Numbered from the stretch's first letter, positions 9,156 to 19,055 are shown. The stretch is DNA of 64,000 bases from an uncultured delta proteobacterium (GCA_963698465.1 CAVOQY010000013.1:228559-292558); one strand, 5' to 3'. Made by a program: numbers and translations. The notes: generated by a model not told the origin, from the sequence alone.

Positions 9156-10110
9156 ACCACCGGGAAGTCTTCACCAAACCCTGCCAAAGTGGCGTTTCCG
9201 GACGGTACCCGATTTCCCTTTTTGCCTTGGAAATGTCAAATGCCTGGTTCTTGGTGAAAAAAAGCAGCCTTCTCCGCGACAGGGGCGGAACCCTGCCGAT
9301 GGGTTCATAAAACCGCTCCAAGATTCGAGCCGCGGGCATGGCCAGGAAGAGCGGGAGGCGCACCCGCGCGATCCTGCAGCCCAGGCATTGCGCGATCATC
9401 CGCGTCAGATTCTGCAGCGTCGTTACCTCTTCTCCTGCCGCGATGTAAGTTTTTCCGGCGGCGTTTGGGTGGAAAGCGCACCGGATCAGCGCCTGGACGA
9501 CATCCTGGACGTAAACCGGGTGAATGAGCGTCCGGCCGCTTCCAATCATCACAAAGCGTTTCTTCTTTATCGCTTCGAACAATTTGAAGGTGCGCCTGTC
9601 CCCCGGGCCGTAGCCCCAGCTTGGCCTCAGGATCGCGTATGGAATTTTTAACTTTGTGCATTCGGAGCGGACCACCTTTTCAGCTTCATGTTTTGTTTTC
9701 TCGTAGGCATTCTGTGGCCTGCAGTCTTGATCCTCGTCTGCCGGCATCTTTTCCAGGGGCCCCAGGACGCCGACGCTGCTGCAGTATACGAACCTCCTGA
9801 TTTTATGCTTGTTCAGGGACTTCAGGAGGTTATAGGTGCCCAGGACATTGCTTTTCCAGTAGGTTTCATAGGCTTCTGGAACGGCGTTGATGATGGAGGC
9901 CAGGTGGAACACAATTTCGACATCGTCTGCGATGCTTCTCAGAGAGTCGGGGTTGGCCAGGTCGCCCATCGTTGCCTGGATCAAAGGCGATTCCCGAATC
10001 GATCCTGTTTTTTCGTTTCTCACCAAAACCCGGTTGGGAAGCCCGTTTTCGACGAGTGTATTCAAAAGGTGGCTTCCGATAAATCCAGTGGCGCCGGTGA
10101 GCAGGATCAT
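9133..10110 (-). CDS. NAD-dependent epimerase/dehydratase (extended SDR)
   Basis: 325 aa; 'LLTGATGFIGSHL' Rossmann motif and 'YEKTKHEAE' (YxxxK). Confidence 0.9.
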   Translation of the reverse strand: MILLTGATGFIGSHLLNTLVENGLPNRVLVRNEKTGSIRESPLIQATMGDLANPDSLRSIADDVEIVFHLASIINAVPEAYETYWKSNVLGTYNLLKSLNKHKIRRFVYCSSVGVLGPLEKMPADEDQDCRPQNAYEKTKHEAEKVVRSECTKLKIPYAILRPSWGYGPGDRRTFKLFEAIKKKRFVMIGSGRTLIHPVYVQDVVQALIRCAFHPNAAGKTYIAAGEEVTTLQNLTRMIAQCLGCRIARVRLPLFLAMPAARILERFYEPIGRVPPLSRRRLLFFTKNQAFDISKAKREIGYRPETPLWQGLVKTSRWYEKNGWF

Positions 10111-10144
10111 GGCATGCAGTGTCTCAAGTTGTCCGCGTCATCTG

Positions 10145-10963
10145 TTAAACAGCATCAGTTTCTGGAAACTGTTTGGCGGGTTCCTGGAATTTGGTTGCCG
10201 CCAGAATGCATGCATAGCCTCTGGTAAACGGAATCAGCCGGTCCATCCCGGCAATGATTTTCAAAACAGGATGGATTTTTCCGTAGAGCCTGAAAGCATC
10301 GGAGTGCTCGTTGAAATCATTTTGGTTCGATGGTGCAATGCTACCCTTGATTCCCTCCTGTTTTTTCCCCCTGTTCAGAATGAAGATATAGGAAAAGTTG
10401 ATCAGCAACTCGATGAATTCCGTGAAAAATCTTGAAAAATATTCGAATTTTTCAATTCGAAAACCGGTCTTGGACAGCTTTTCACGCAAGCCTTTCCGGG
10501 TATACCCGGTTCTCTTGTGTCCGTAGTATTCAAGCGTCATGCCGGCTTTTTGCGCAAGGGTGTTTAAAAACAGGACCTTGTCGCTGCAGGGCACGGAAAC
10601 GTAGAGCGTCCCGTCTGGCTTCAGGATCCGGCCCACATCCTTGAGAAAGGTTTCGTCGTCATCGATGTGCTCAAGGGTGTCGATGGCGATGATCAAATCG
10701 AAGGCTTGTTTCTTGAATGGAAGGGCGTTTTCGCCGAAATACAAAACCCGATCATGGACGAGCTTCCGGGTCGTAAGGGCGTTGTTCCAATCGATGTCGG
10801 CGCTGATCCAGACTCCACCGGTTTGTCTCAAAAAAAAACTCGTCACGCCTTTTTCGCATCCGATTTCAAGGCATTTTCTGCCTTCGGCAGGATGTAAAAA
10901 GTTGAGAATCGTTTTGACCTTCTCTTTTTCTTCAAGGCTTTTTCGAATATTTGAAGCTGCCAT
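10145..10963 (-). CDS. Class I SAM-dependent methyltransferase
   Basis: 272 aa; 'CLEIGCEKGVTSFFL' and 'FDLIIAIDTLEHIDDDETFLKDVGRILKPDGTLYVSVP'. Confidence 0.85.
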   Translation of the reverse strand: MAASNIRKSLEEKEKVKTILNFLHPAEGRKCLEIGCEKGVTSFFLRQTGGVWISADIDWNNALTTRKLVHDRVLYFGENALPFKKQAFDLIIAIDTLEHIDDDETFLKDVGRILKPDGTLYVSVPCSDKVLFLNTLAQKAGMTLEYYGHKRTGYTRKGLREKLSKTGFRIEKFEYFSRFFTEFIELLINFSYIFILNRGKKQEGIKGSIAPSNQNDFNEHSDAFRLYGKIHPVLKIIAGMDRLIPFTRGYACILAATKFQEPAKQFPETDAV

Positions 10964-11219
10964 GGCCTCTTTCCCGTATCCTGGCTCGAAGAACTTCCCT
11001 TTGCTTTTGAATGAATGCTTCTTCTTTCGATAGGAGTCATTTCAAAACCTCCTGACAAGCCGTGCTTGGGATCTTTTGATAAAAGCGCTTGACGAAGCGT
11101 AGCGTTTGAAACTTGAATTGTTTGAGGGCGTTACGCTCGAGTTTTCAAGATTCAGCGAAGCGAGTTTAGCGCTATTAAATAGGCCCAACAGGCGGGGAAG
11201 GAGGGTTTCGAAACCGCTT

Positions 11220-12281
11220 CTACCCTTTTTCATTTGAAAGCCTTGCCGATTTCCATGCGGGAAGATACAAGATGAGCATGCCGAGGATGCCGAGAGAGTA
11301 TTCGAACATCTGGGTGACCAAGTGAACTCCGAAACCGGAAACAATGGCGATCTGAGTATCGAAATGCCCTAAGAACCGAAACGTCAGAGCCCATGCCGAT
11401 TCCCATGTCCCGATTCCGGCGAGGCCCTGAATGGGAAAAAGGGCCGAAAGTTCGGCTCCTAGAATTCCTAGAAACACCTTCCAGAAATTAAGATCTTCTA
11501 TTGAGAAGTTGAGGTTCGCCACTACTGCATGCAACAGAAAATAGAGCGATCCGTATTTGAAGGCCCGAACGAGAAAAGAGCTTGCAACGACTTTGAGATA
11601 TCTTCCTTTTTGTGCCTGTATGCGTTCGATGTCTTTGGCGGTCAGAAAGAGTTTGTCCAATGCGACGCCCGCCCTTGGAAAATTGCTCTTGTAACGCTTC
11701 AGCAACATCGCCAGTAAATTTCCCGCAACCTTCAAAAGGGTGCTCAGCCAGATAAGAATGGATGCCACGACGGCAAAGAGGATGGCGGAAAGGGTCAAAA
11801 AGATTGGGAGGGGAAAGATCGCCGAATCGATCCGTGTGAACAGGATGGCCAGGAAAAAAATGGGAAAAAGAACGACCAGGTCGAAGACAAAAGCAAGCAG
11901 AAACGAGGAAGCCGCGGTTTCTAAAGGAACGCCCAGCCGCCTGTTGGTCAAATAGACATAAGAGAGGGACCCGATCTTGGCTGGAAGAAGGTCGACAAAA
12001 AGGTTCCTCACCACGGTGACCAGCATCAACGGATAGAAACCCAGTTTATCGGAAGCGACAAGCAGCTGGTAGCGGTAGGTGCGCGCGAGTATACCCAGCG
12101 ATGCCAGAAAAAAATAGATAAAAAGTGAAGTCAGGTGAAGACTGGAAAACGTTTTTAGAATAAGGGCGGGTTCGATATGGGACAAGAGATAGCCGGCAAG
12201 AAGAACGGAGGTGCAGACGCTCAACCCGAAATACAGATATTTCTTGGGTTTCCTCTCCCGCCGAGGATCAAAGGCGTTCAT
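11220..12281 (-). CDS. Second UPF0104 flippase-like membrane protein
   Basis: 353 aa with about 8 TM helices; 'RTYRYQLL', 'VVRNLFVDLLPAKIGSLSYV'. Confidence 0.7.
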   Translation of the reverse strand: MNAFDPRRERKPKKYLYFGLSVCTSVLLAGYLLSHIEPALILKTFSSLHLTSLFIYFFLASLGILARTYRYQLLVASDKLGFYPLMLVTVVRNLFVDLLPAKIGSLSYVYLTNRRLGVPLETAASSFLLAFVFDLVVLFPIFFLAILFTRIDSAIFPLPIFLTLSAILFAVVASILIWLSTLLKVAGNLLAMLLKRYKSNFPRAGVALDKLFLTAKDIERIQAQKGRYLKVVASSFLVRAFKYGSLYFLLHAVVANLNFSIEDLNFWKVFLGILGAELSALFPIQGLAGIGTWESAWALTFRFLGHFDTQIAIVSGFGVHLVTQMFEYSLGILGMLILYLPAWKSARLSNEKG

Positions 12282-12293
12282 CGCTTCCCCTGT

Positions 12294-13370
12294 TCAGTGC
12301 CAATCCGGGTACATATCCTGGGCAGGATGGTTCGTAATCTGCTTGGAGGCGCCTGTCTCGACGTGTATTATCCAGAGTTCCCAGTTCCCTCTTTCTTTAT
12401 GGGAGGTCTTGGAATAGACGATCCATTGCCCGTCGGAAGACCACGACGGGAAATAGTCGTAGTTTGCCGAGTCCGTGGTGAGCCTTTTCTTGTCCGAGCC
12501 GTCCCGCTTCATGACCCACACGTCTCCCTTGTTGTCCGCCTTTTGAGAGACATAGGCGATTTTCGAACCGTCCTTTTTCCATTTCGGCCTGCAGCTCCCA
12601 CCCTCCGTGTCCAGGGCCTGAATGTTGGAACCATCATGTCCCATGATGTAGACGCCCCATCCCAGGAGCTTGTTGGCCGTGAACGCGATGGATCTCCCGT
12701 CAGGCGCCCAACTCGGTAGGCCGCTCTTGTGCCAGGTGCGGGTGACGCTCCGCTCCTTTTTGCTTTCTATGTCCATGGCGTAAATCTGCAGGCCGTTGTC
12801 TCTTTTTGATTGGTACGCGACGTGCTTCCCATCCGGGGACCAGGAAGGAAATCTGTTTTCGAAGGGACCTTCCGTGATTCGCACGGGATTGGCCCCGTCG
12901 CTGCCCATCACGTAAATCTGAAAAAACCCTCCCCGATTGGATTCGAAGGCGATCTTGGTTCCGTCCGGGGACCATGCAGGATAGCCGTCGTAGGAGGCAT
13001 TTCGAGTCAGCCTGAGAAGTCCGGTTCCGTCCGGGTTGATCACGTAAATCTCGTTGTTCCCGTCCCTGTCCGTCTGGAAAACGATTTTTCCTGTGGCCCG
13101 GCTGAAATCGGGTGTAGTCGTTGCGCCCCTTTTCTCGGGCGCCGCTGCGACGTCGTCCGAACGGTTTCGTGAATACCCTATCCAGACTGCCGCAAGGGCC
13201 ACCGTCGCCGCCAGGAGCATTGCCGCAATCTTCCTTTTTAGGATCTTTCTCAATGGGATTCCAATTTTTTGGGGCTGGCTGGGTTCAGCGGCTAAAACCC
13301 TTTTTTTGGGTGATCGCTTCCGCCCAGTTTTCGGCCATGATACGGTAGCCTTCTTCCGTCGGATGGACAT
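12294..13370 (-). CDS. TolB-like PD40 beta-propeller protein with an N-terminal membrane anchor
   Basis: 358 aa with repeated 'P(A/S)WSPDG..IA(F/Y)' blades ('PAWSPDGTKIAFESNRGG', 'PSWSPDGKHVAY', 'PSWAPDGRSIAF', 'PSWSSDGQWIVY'). The start is uncertain: 13370 gives an 86-nt overlap with the upstream gene. Confidence 0.8.
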   Translation of the reverse strand: MSIRRKKATVSWPKTGRKRSPKKRVLAAEPSQPQKIGIPLRKILKRKIAAMLLAATVALAAVWIGYSRNRSDDVAAAPEKRGATTTPDFSRATGKIVFQTDRDGNNEIYVINPDGTGLLRLTRNASYDGYPAWSPDGTKIAFESNRGGFFQIYVMGSDGANPVRITEGPFENRFPSWSPDGKHVAYQSKRDNGLQIYAMDIESKKERSVTRTWHKSGLPSWAPDGRSIAFTANKLLGWGVYIMGHDGSNIQALDTEGGSCRPKWKKDGSKIAYVSQKADNKGDVWVMKRDGSDKKRLTTDSANYDYFPSWSSDGQWIVYSKTSHKERGNWELWIIHVETGASKQITNHPAQDMYPDWH

Positions 13371-13986
13371 CCGGGATCAGTTCCATTCGGCCGTAAAAAA
13401 GGCCGTGGTTGTCCACCAACGTCAGGGCGTATTTCTTTGCGATGGTTTTAATCGCAGGATTGATCTCTTCCTTGACTCTCCGGATGGAGTCTTTATTAAA
13501 AGTGGGCAGGAGGGCGTCTCCGTTGATAGGAGGAATCGTGGCGATCATAAACCTGAAATGCGGCCTGTCGGCAAACGCCTGGGCCTGTATTTCCACAACG
13601 ATTTGTTCCATATTTTCGATGAAACGTTTTGCGGGGGTTCGATCGGCGTCGATTCGGACATCGTTGGTCCCAAGCATCAGGAGTACTGCGTCCGGCGTGA
13701 CGTCCTTCAGGAAGTCTGATCGTTTCAAGAAATGAAGATACTCCCCAGAAGTGTGCCCGTTTATCCCTTTGTTGAGGACCCTGGCCCTGATCCCTTTTCC
13801 CTTGAGCACTGTCTGTAGATGGTCGGGATACCCCGACGCTGTAAGGCTGTCTCCCAGGCAGAGGATGACCTGCCCGCTCCTAAACCCCCAAAAAGATCCA
13901 GCAAGACCTGCTGCTCCCAACGCGATAAGCAAGGTGAAAATCAGGGTTTTTCTCTGGAGGCCCTTGAATGTTCGCTGTTCCGGCAT
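13285..13986 (-). CDS. SGNH/GDSL hydrolase-type esterase
   Basis: 233 aa with an N-terminal hydrophobic segment. Blocks 'LCLGDSLT', 'NKGINGHTS', 'LLMLGTNDV' and 'PDVHPT'. Confidence 0.85.
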   Translation of the reverse strand: MPEQRTFKGLQRKTLIFTLLIALGAAGLAGSFWGFRSGQVILCLGDSLTASGYPDHLQTVLKGKGIRARVLNKGINGHTSGEYLHFLKRSDFLKDVTPDAVLLMLGTNDVRIDADRTPAKRFIENMEQIVVEIQAQAFADRPHFRFMIATIPPINGDALLPTFNKDSIRRVKEEINPAIKTIAKKYALTLVDNHGLFYGRMELIPDVHPTEEGYRIMAENWAEAITQKKGFSR

Positions 13987-14022
13987 GTGCCATTCGTTGA
14001 AGTAAAATGTCTTGATCGGCTC

Positions 14023-15006
14023 CTATAGGATCTGCAGAAGTTCCCTCAAAAACGGCTTCAGTTCCCGTACGGGAATCCCGAGATGCCCTTTTCTTCCAGG
14101 CCTGTCGCACTTGGAGCACGGGGGACTCAGGTTTCCTCTTTTCAGTTTTCTGCGCAATTCGACCTGCACGGAACTGTTCCATAGGTGGCTCAGGGTGCTG
14201 TCGCTGACATTTCCCATGACCGTCCGGCCGAAAAAGTCCTGAGGACAGGCCGCGGCGGAACCATCCCACAGGAGCGTGAGCGCGTACCATGGAAAGGTGC
14301 AGGCCGGCCAGAGGGACAGGAAACGTCTGCGGTCTTTCTCCCCGCCTCCTGGATCATAGCCCCCTCCCCAGTTGTGAGCCGGCTTTAAAACCCATCGGTC
14401 CGGCTGGAGCTTTTGGACCTGCTCCCGGATTTTTTCCATTTGGTCGTGATCGCCCTGGAAGAAATCGATGGTTTCCAGTACCGTATACGGTTTTTTCCTG
14501 CTCATTTTTCTCCGCATTTCAAGGAAGATTCGAATATTTTCCATTGTCTCTTCAAAAACGGCACCGACACGGATTGCTTCATAAGACGCTTTGTCGAAAC
14601 CATCCACGGAAAACGAGATGAAATCGAGACCCGATTCGATAATTTCACGGGATTTGGCCTCGGTCAGGAGCGTGGCATTGGTGTGGATCTGGGTGTAAAT
14701 CCCCCGATGCCTGCAATACCGGATCATTCGGGGAAGCTCTTCATGCAGCAGAGGCTCCCCCCTGTGGTGCAGATTGATGCTTCGCGTCCAGCCTGAGGCC
14801 TCGTCGACGATCTTTTGAAACAGATCGTAGGCCATGAACCCCTTCCTGGTATTTCCAGTTCGATTCAGGCACATGACGCACCGAAGGTTGCAGCAATTCG
14901 TGGTTTCGACCCAAAGTTTCACCGGACCTGCAGGCAGCCTGGATTTTCCCAGCCAGTAGCCGCCCAGATTCCGGGCGAGTTCGCGGTGAAGGCGGATAGC
15001 AGACAT
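14023..15006 (-). CDS. Radical SAM enzyme with a SPASM-like Cys-rich C-terminus
   Basis: 327 aa; 'TNCCNLRCVMCLN' (CX3CX2C). C-terminal Cys motifs 'CTFPW..AAACPQD' and 'PPCSKCD'. Confidence 0.85.
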   Translation of the reverse strand: MSAIRLHRELARNLGGYWLGKSRLPAGPVKLWVETTNCCNLRCVMCLNRTGNTRKGFMAYDLFQKIVDEASGWTRSINLHHRGEPLLHEELPRMIRYCRHRGIYTQIHTNATLLTEAKSREIIESGLDFISFSVDGFDKASYEAIRVGAVFEETMENIRIFLEMRRKMSRKKPYTVLETIDFFQGDHDQMEKIREQVQKLQPDRWVLKPAHNWGGGYDPGGGEKDRRRFLSLWPACTFPWYALTLLWDGSAAACPQDFFGRTVMGNVSDSTLSHLWNSSVQVELRRKLKRGNLSPPCSKCDRPGRKGHLGIPVRELKPFLRELLQIL

Positions 15007-15009
15007 GGT

Positions 15010-16497
15010 TCAGATGTCAGGCCCCAACCGCCCCAACTCAGCTTCCCACTCCCCTTCATCAAACGAAAAAAGATCACGGATCATGGGAACGAGGGTGGCA
15101 AGCCGCTTCCTGTTCTCCCCCAGGCTGGTCCTTCTGTAAATCAGGTCGTCGACGTGAACGACGGACTCCTCTTCGAGGATGCGTTTCAGGGGCGCTTTCC
15201 ACCCGTCATCTTTTTCATCGGGGATCCAATCGAAGGGATACGTGGCGCGCAGGCTGTTCGCCTCTTCTGGCGGTTTCTTCATCCAGCTTTGCGTTTCCCG
15301 GGCTGAAGGAAAAACCGAGTCCAGCGTCTTTTGGGCGACCCGGTGCGATGTGGTGAATTTAACCCCGGAAACGCTGAAGAACCCCTGGGGCCCGCCCATG
15401 CGTCCATGATCGAGGATGACTTCCCGCTTCGTCAGTTCTCCTGTGGGCGTGGCCGGCAGCAGGCCGTGATAGACATGTTCGATTTCGTTTTTTTTAAGAG
15501 ACAAGCCTGGAACGGCCATGCCGAGGTCATCTAAAAACGCAGCCACGTCGGCCTCGCAGGGACTTCCTCTCTTGTCCATGCCGTCCGCCAGCGTTTCCCC
15601 GGTGCCGACCAGCATCCGGTTTTTCCAGTTGTGGATGAAATAAGTATGTCCCTTGCCTTTTTGCGGGGAAACGGCCAGGGAATACTCCGACAGCGCTTCC
15701 CTGTCGAAAAGGACGTTGAACAAAAGGAGGTGAGCCGGGAAGAGAGGGGGAAAATCCCGGTGGAACTGTTCGGCAAGATTTCTGCTCCATGGCCCCGCGG
15801 CATTGATCACCAAAGGCGCCCTGAAGACTTTTTCTGCGCCGGATCTCGAATCTGTGGCCCGAACCCCTTCGACCCGGTTTTTTGTCACAATCAGTTGGTT
15901 CGCCCTGACGTAGTTTAAAAAGCAGCCTCCCATCGCACACGACCACAGGATCAGCTCCATGAGAAGCCTTTCGGGCTCCATGATCATCCCGTCGTGCCAG
16001 AGGGCGCCTCCGGTCATCCCTGAGGCGTCTATCACAGGAAAAAGCACCCTCACCGCGCCCGGAGAAAGAATTTTACCTTTTCCCAGGTGCTTTTCCGGGA
16101 TCACATCATTGTTCCTCGAAAAGGACAAACTGTCGTTGAGGTTCAAGGCGATTTTTAAAAACGATTTTCTCCGAACGCCCTTGTCGTACAGAGGCATCAG
16201 GCAGGGGAGGACTTTGATCAGCCTGGGAAAATGGACGAAAAACCACTGCCGCTCCCTCACCGACTCGAAGAAGCGAGGAAGATCCAGAGTCTGAAGATAC
16301 CTCAGGCCCCCATGCAATGTCCTGAGGTGATTCCAACTTGTGGCCGAACCGAAATCATTTTGTTCCAACAAAAGCGCCCGTTTCCCGCGAAATCCGGCTT
16401 CGAGGGAAAGCATGATGCCGTATATCCCTCCCCCGATGACGACGAGGTCGAAAGGTTCACCCGAGAAGCGCTCAACATCTCTGACCAGGGACGCCAT
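15010..16497 (-). CDS. FAD-dependent oxidoreductase, glycerol-3-phosphate dehydrogenase/oxidase (GlpD/GlpA) family
   Basis: 495 aa; 'DLVVIGGGIYGIMLSLEAGFRG' and 'GSATSWNHLRTLHGGLRYL'. ATG 16497 abuts the upstream TGA at 16498-16500. Confidence 0.8.
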   Translation of the reverse strand: MASLVRDVERFSGEPFDLVVIGGGIYGIMLSLEAGFRGKRALLLEQNDFGSATSWNHLRTLHGGLRYLQTLDLPRFFESVRERQWFFVHFPRLIKVLPCLMPLYDKGVRRKSFLKIALNLNDSLSFSRNNDVIPEKHLGKGKILSPGAVRVLFPVIDASGMTGGALWHDGMIMEPERLLMELILWSCAMGGCFLNYVRANQLIVTKNRVEGVRATDSRSGAEKVFRAPLVINAAGPWSRNLAEQFHRDFPPLFPAHLLLFNVLFDREALSEYSLAVSPQKGKGHTYFIHNWKNRMLVGTGETLADGMDKRGSPCEADVAAFLDDLGMAVPGLSLKKNEIEHVYHGLLPATPTGELTKREVILDHGRMGGPQGFFSVSGVKFTTSHRVAQKTLDSVFPSARETQSWMKKPPEEANSLRATYPFDWIPDEKDDGWKAPLKRILEEESVVHVDDLIYRRTSLGENRKRLATLVPMIRDLFSFDEGEWEAELGRLGPDI

Positions 16498-17991
16498 TCA
16501 AATCCACCCAAGCTTGCCGAACCATTTCCTGACACGGTGCTTCACAAACACCAGGAAGAAGATGAAATGGATCCACAGTTCTTTCAAGCTCTTCAGGTTC
16601 AGGACCGATTTTTTTATTTTTTGCCCGGATATCTTTTTTTCGCTCGCAGACGACCATCCCATCACGAGCTCGGCGATTTGCCACCATGTCAGTCTGTCTT
16701 TGAACAAAGGAACATGCCCCTGGGCGGCGGGAAGAGCGAAAACGCGCCGCATGTCTTTCTCCCTCGCCCATGAAAAGTCTTTCGGAAGAATTCCCTCCTC
16801 TTTGGCGATGATTTCCAACCGGGTTCCCGGGTAAATGTGCAAAATGGCGCTTGATATATCCGCAAGCGGATTGATGGATTTGACTTTTTCTATGATCTCC
16901 AAAGTTTCCTGGGCTTCTTTCCACGTCTCGGAATGATGGGAAAAGATAAAAAAGGGACCGGGAATGAAATCAAGCTCTTTGGACCATTTCAGGAATTGGA
17001 AGGCCCGGTCGATGTCGAATTTCTTCCGGACGACATCCTGCCTGATCCTCGAGTTTCCCGCCTCGATGCCGAAGGAACCGAGTTCGAGGCCGGCGCGTTT
17101 CATTTTCTCGAGAAGCGGTTTGTCGATGATGTCGATCCTCAGTTCGCAGGTGAACTTGATGTCCAAACGCCGTTCGAGGATCATGTCCATGATCTTGTGG
17201 AGACGGGCAGGCTGGTAGTTCAGGGTGTCGTCGTAAAACCAGATGTACTCCGCTCCGTAACGGTCCATCAGGAGCTCGATCTCCTGGAGCACGCGCTCGG
17301 GGGAGTGCCCCCTCATCCTCCTGCCCCAGTTCACCGGCGTGGAACAGAAGTAGCAGTTGAAAGGGCATCCCCTGGAGGTGATTATATTCTGGGCTTTTCG
17401 TTTCTTTCCGTCCCTTGTGGTGATTTCAAAGTTGTACTTCTCCATGGGAATCAGGTGCCTCGCCGGAAAAGGAAGCGTATCCAGGTCCTCTATGGCTTCC
17501 CGGTTGCCTGTAAAAACAGCGGTCCCGGAATCTTCCCTGTAAAAAATCCCCTTCACGTCCGAAAGGCTTTTTCCGCCCTCCAGGGCCGCAACCAGGTCGA
17601 GAAGCGTCTTTTCCCCTTCTCCTATGCAAAGAATGTCGACATCAGGGACATGATCTAGGGTGTCCTCCTTGGCCATGGAGATATGGGGACCCCCCAAAAC
17701 CGTGACGATTTCACGGTTGATTTGCTTGGCGATCCGGACAAGCTCGAAGCTTCCGAATCGGTTTTCGGTGGTGGTCGTTACTCCGACGATATCGGGTTTG
17801 AAAGTTTCAATCCGCTTTGCAATATCTCCAGATCCGTATCTCAGAATATCCGCAGGCACCACCTCAACATCGATTCCCGATCTCTCGAGTACGCCGGCCA
17901 GGTACAAGATGCCGAGGGAAGGCATCATGTTCCCCTCTGCCCAGCGCTGGGCGACATATCCCTGCGGCGGAACAAACAGCTGGATTTTCAT
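16498..17991 (-). CDS. B12-binding-domain radical SAM enzyme (class B-like)
   Basis: 497 aa. N-terminal cobalamin-binding-like region ('MPSLGILYLAGVLERSGIDVEVV', 'VLGGPHISM') followed by 'ITSRGCPFNCYFCSTP'. Confidence 0.8.
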   Translation of the reverse strand: MKIQLFVPPQGYVAQRWAEGNMMPSLGILYLAGVLERSGIDVEVVPADILRYGSGDIAKRIETFKPDIVGVTTTTENRFGSFELVRIAKQINREIVTVLGGPHISMAKEDTLDHVPDVDILCIGEGEKTLLDLVAALEGGKSLSDVKGIFYREDSGTAVFTGNREAIEDLDTLPFPARHLIPMEKYNFEITTRDGKKRKAQNIITSRGCPFNCYFCSTPVNWGRRMRGHSPERVLQEIELLMDRYGAEYIWFYDDTLNYQPARLHKIMDMILERRLDIKFTCELRIDIIDKPLLEKMKRAGLELGSFGIEAGNSRIRQDVVRKKFDIDRAFQFLKWSKELDFIPGPFFIFSHHSETWKEAQETLEIIEKVKSINPLADISSAILHIYPGTRLEIIAKEEGILPKDFSWAREKDMRRVFALPAAQGHVPLFKDRLTWWQIAELVMGWSSASEKKISGQKIKKSVLNLKSLKELWIHFIFFLVFVKHRVRKWFGKLGWI

Positions 17992-18108
17992 TTGGGTTGG
18001 ACCTTTCTAAAGTTTGGCAGTAGGGTGGCAACAGACACGCTGCCCCTAATCTGCCGGGCCGGTCTTGCTGGACTTAACCCGCGTTTTATAACGGGGCCTT
18101 TTTAAAGT

Positions 18109-18240
18109 GAGACCTTTAAAAACGGCAATTTCCGTCATGCCGGACTTGATCCGGCATCCAGAAGTGATTGAAATTACTGGATCCCGGCTTTTGCCTGGAT
18201 GACGAATATGGAATTCTTCAAAGATCTCAGAGTCTCAAAC
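18109..18240 (+). repeat. REP/MITE-like double-hairpin element, copy A
   Basis: gagacctttaaaaacggcaatttccgtcatgccggacttgatccggcatccag...actggatcccggcttttgcctggatgacgaatatggaattcttcaaag. My by-eye alignment puts it at about 92% identity to the reverse complement of 26820..26951. It contains two GC-rich stem-loops. Confidence 0.85.
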
Positions 18241-18329
18241 ATTTTACCCGATGCGGTTTTACGGAAACGGAGGATCAGGTTGATTTCTTTAAGATACGAG
18301 GTTGATTTGACGATGCGAATCCGAAAGCA

Positions 18330-19055
18330 TCAAAGGGAAGCGGGACTCGACCGGTATCTCTTATTCTTAAGGTATTCTTTGAATATTCGAAGAAAAAATT
18401 GAGTGCCGTGCTGAATGATTTTGGCTTTCGCTTCTCCGGCAAGCCGCGCCCTTTCGTGACTGGCAACCTCCCGGACTTTGAAACCCCTTCGCATCGTGTT
18501 CGCGATGAGTTCGATCTCCAGATCGAAGGAATAGGAATCGAACTCGGACAGGTCGAAGATCTCCCTTCTGAAGGCTTTGAAGCCGTTGATCGCATCGGAG
18601 AGATACCGCTTCAAGAAAAGACCGGTGAAATAGGTTAAAAAAACGTTTCCGAGGGCCTTGATCGGAGTGTACTCATCGCTTCCCCCCATGATCCTGGATG
18701 CGATGACCAATCCCACTTCCGAATCCTCTTTTAATACTTCCAAAAGTTTCGGGGCGTCCTTCGCTCTGTGGGAGCCATCGCCGTCCATCATGACCAAATA
18801 TTTCCCATGGCTTTTCGAAAAGCCATAAAGAAGGCTCGACCCCTTTCCCTTTCGATTCGGGTTGATTAAAACGCGGGCTCCTTTTTCCGCAGCAATTTCC
18901 CGGGTTTTATCTTCAGAACGGTCATCAACGACGATGACTTCCATGTGATGCTCTGACCTGAGCGCATTGACTTCATCCAGAACGATGCCGATGGTTTGTT
19001 CTTCCCGATAGGTGGGGATCACAACGCTGAAATCCAATTGACTGCTCGTCATCAA
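18330..19055 (-). CDS. GT2 glycosyltransferase, Dpm1/GtrB/ArnC-like (polyprenyl-phosphate sugar synthase type)
   Basis: 241 aa; 'FSVVIPTYREEQTI', 'VIVVDDRSEDKTREI', 'LVMMDGDGSH'. Confidence 0.85.
   Translation of the reverse strand: MMTSSQLDFSVVIPTYREEQTIGIVLDEVNALRSEHHMEVIVVDDRSEDKTREIAAEKGARVLINPNRKGKGSSLLYGFSKSHGKYLVMMDGDGSHRAKDAPKLLEVLKEDSEVGLVIASRIMGGSDEYTPIKALGNVFLTYFTGLFLKRYLSDAINGFKAFRREIFDLSEFDSYSFDLEIELIANTMRRGFKVREVASHERARLAGEAKAKIIQHGTQFFLRIFKEYLKNKRYRSSPASL

Noticed and set aside
8737-9651. 304-aa plus-strand ORF
   Set aside because: It spans two well-supported minus-strand genes (flippase-like and SDR epimerase) in antisense, so it is not credible as a gene.
10964-11219. 257-nt repeat-free gap as a possible internal promoter or regulatory site, with palindrome ggtttcgaaacc at 11204-11215 and two 'cgaagcg' words
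   Set aside because: I could not find a convincing -35/-10 pair with proper spacing on the minus strand, nor a terminator-like hairpin with a U-tract. The listed small ORFs (10843..11058, 11042..11344) overlap neighbouring genes and look like low complexity.
13986-18329. Searched for a short RiPP precursor peptide next to the SPASM and B12 radical SAM genes
   Set aside because: Junctions are 0-36 nt, and the only larger gap (17992-18329) is filled by the REP element. No small ORF with an RBS and a Cys/Gly/Ser-rich core was seen.
18199-18402. 67-aa plus-strand ORF beginning MTNMEFFKDL
   Set aside because: Its start is simply the inner arm of REP copy A. The remainder is antisense to the 3' end of the GT2 gene and has no protein-like features.
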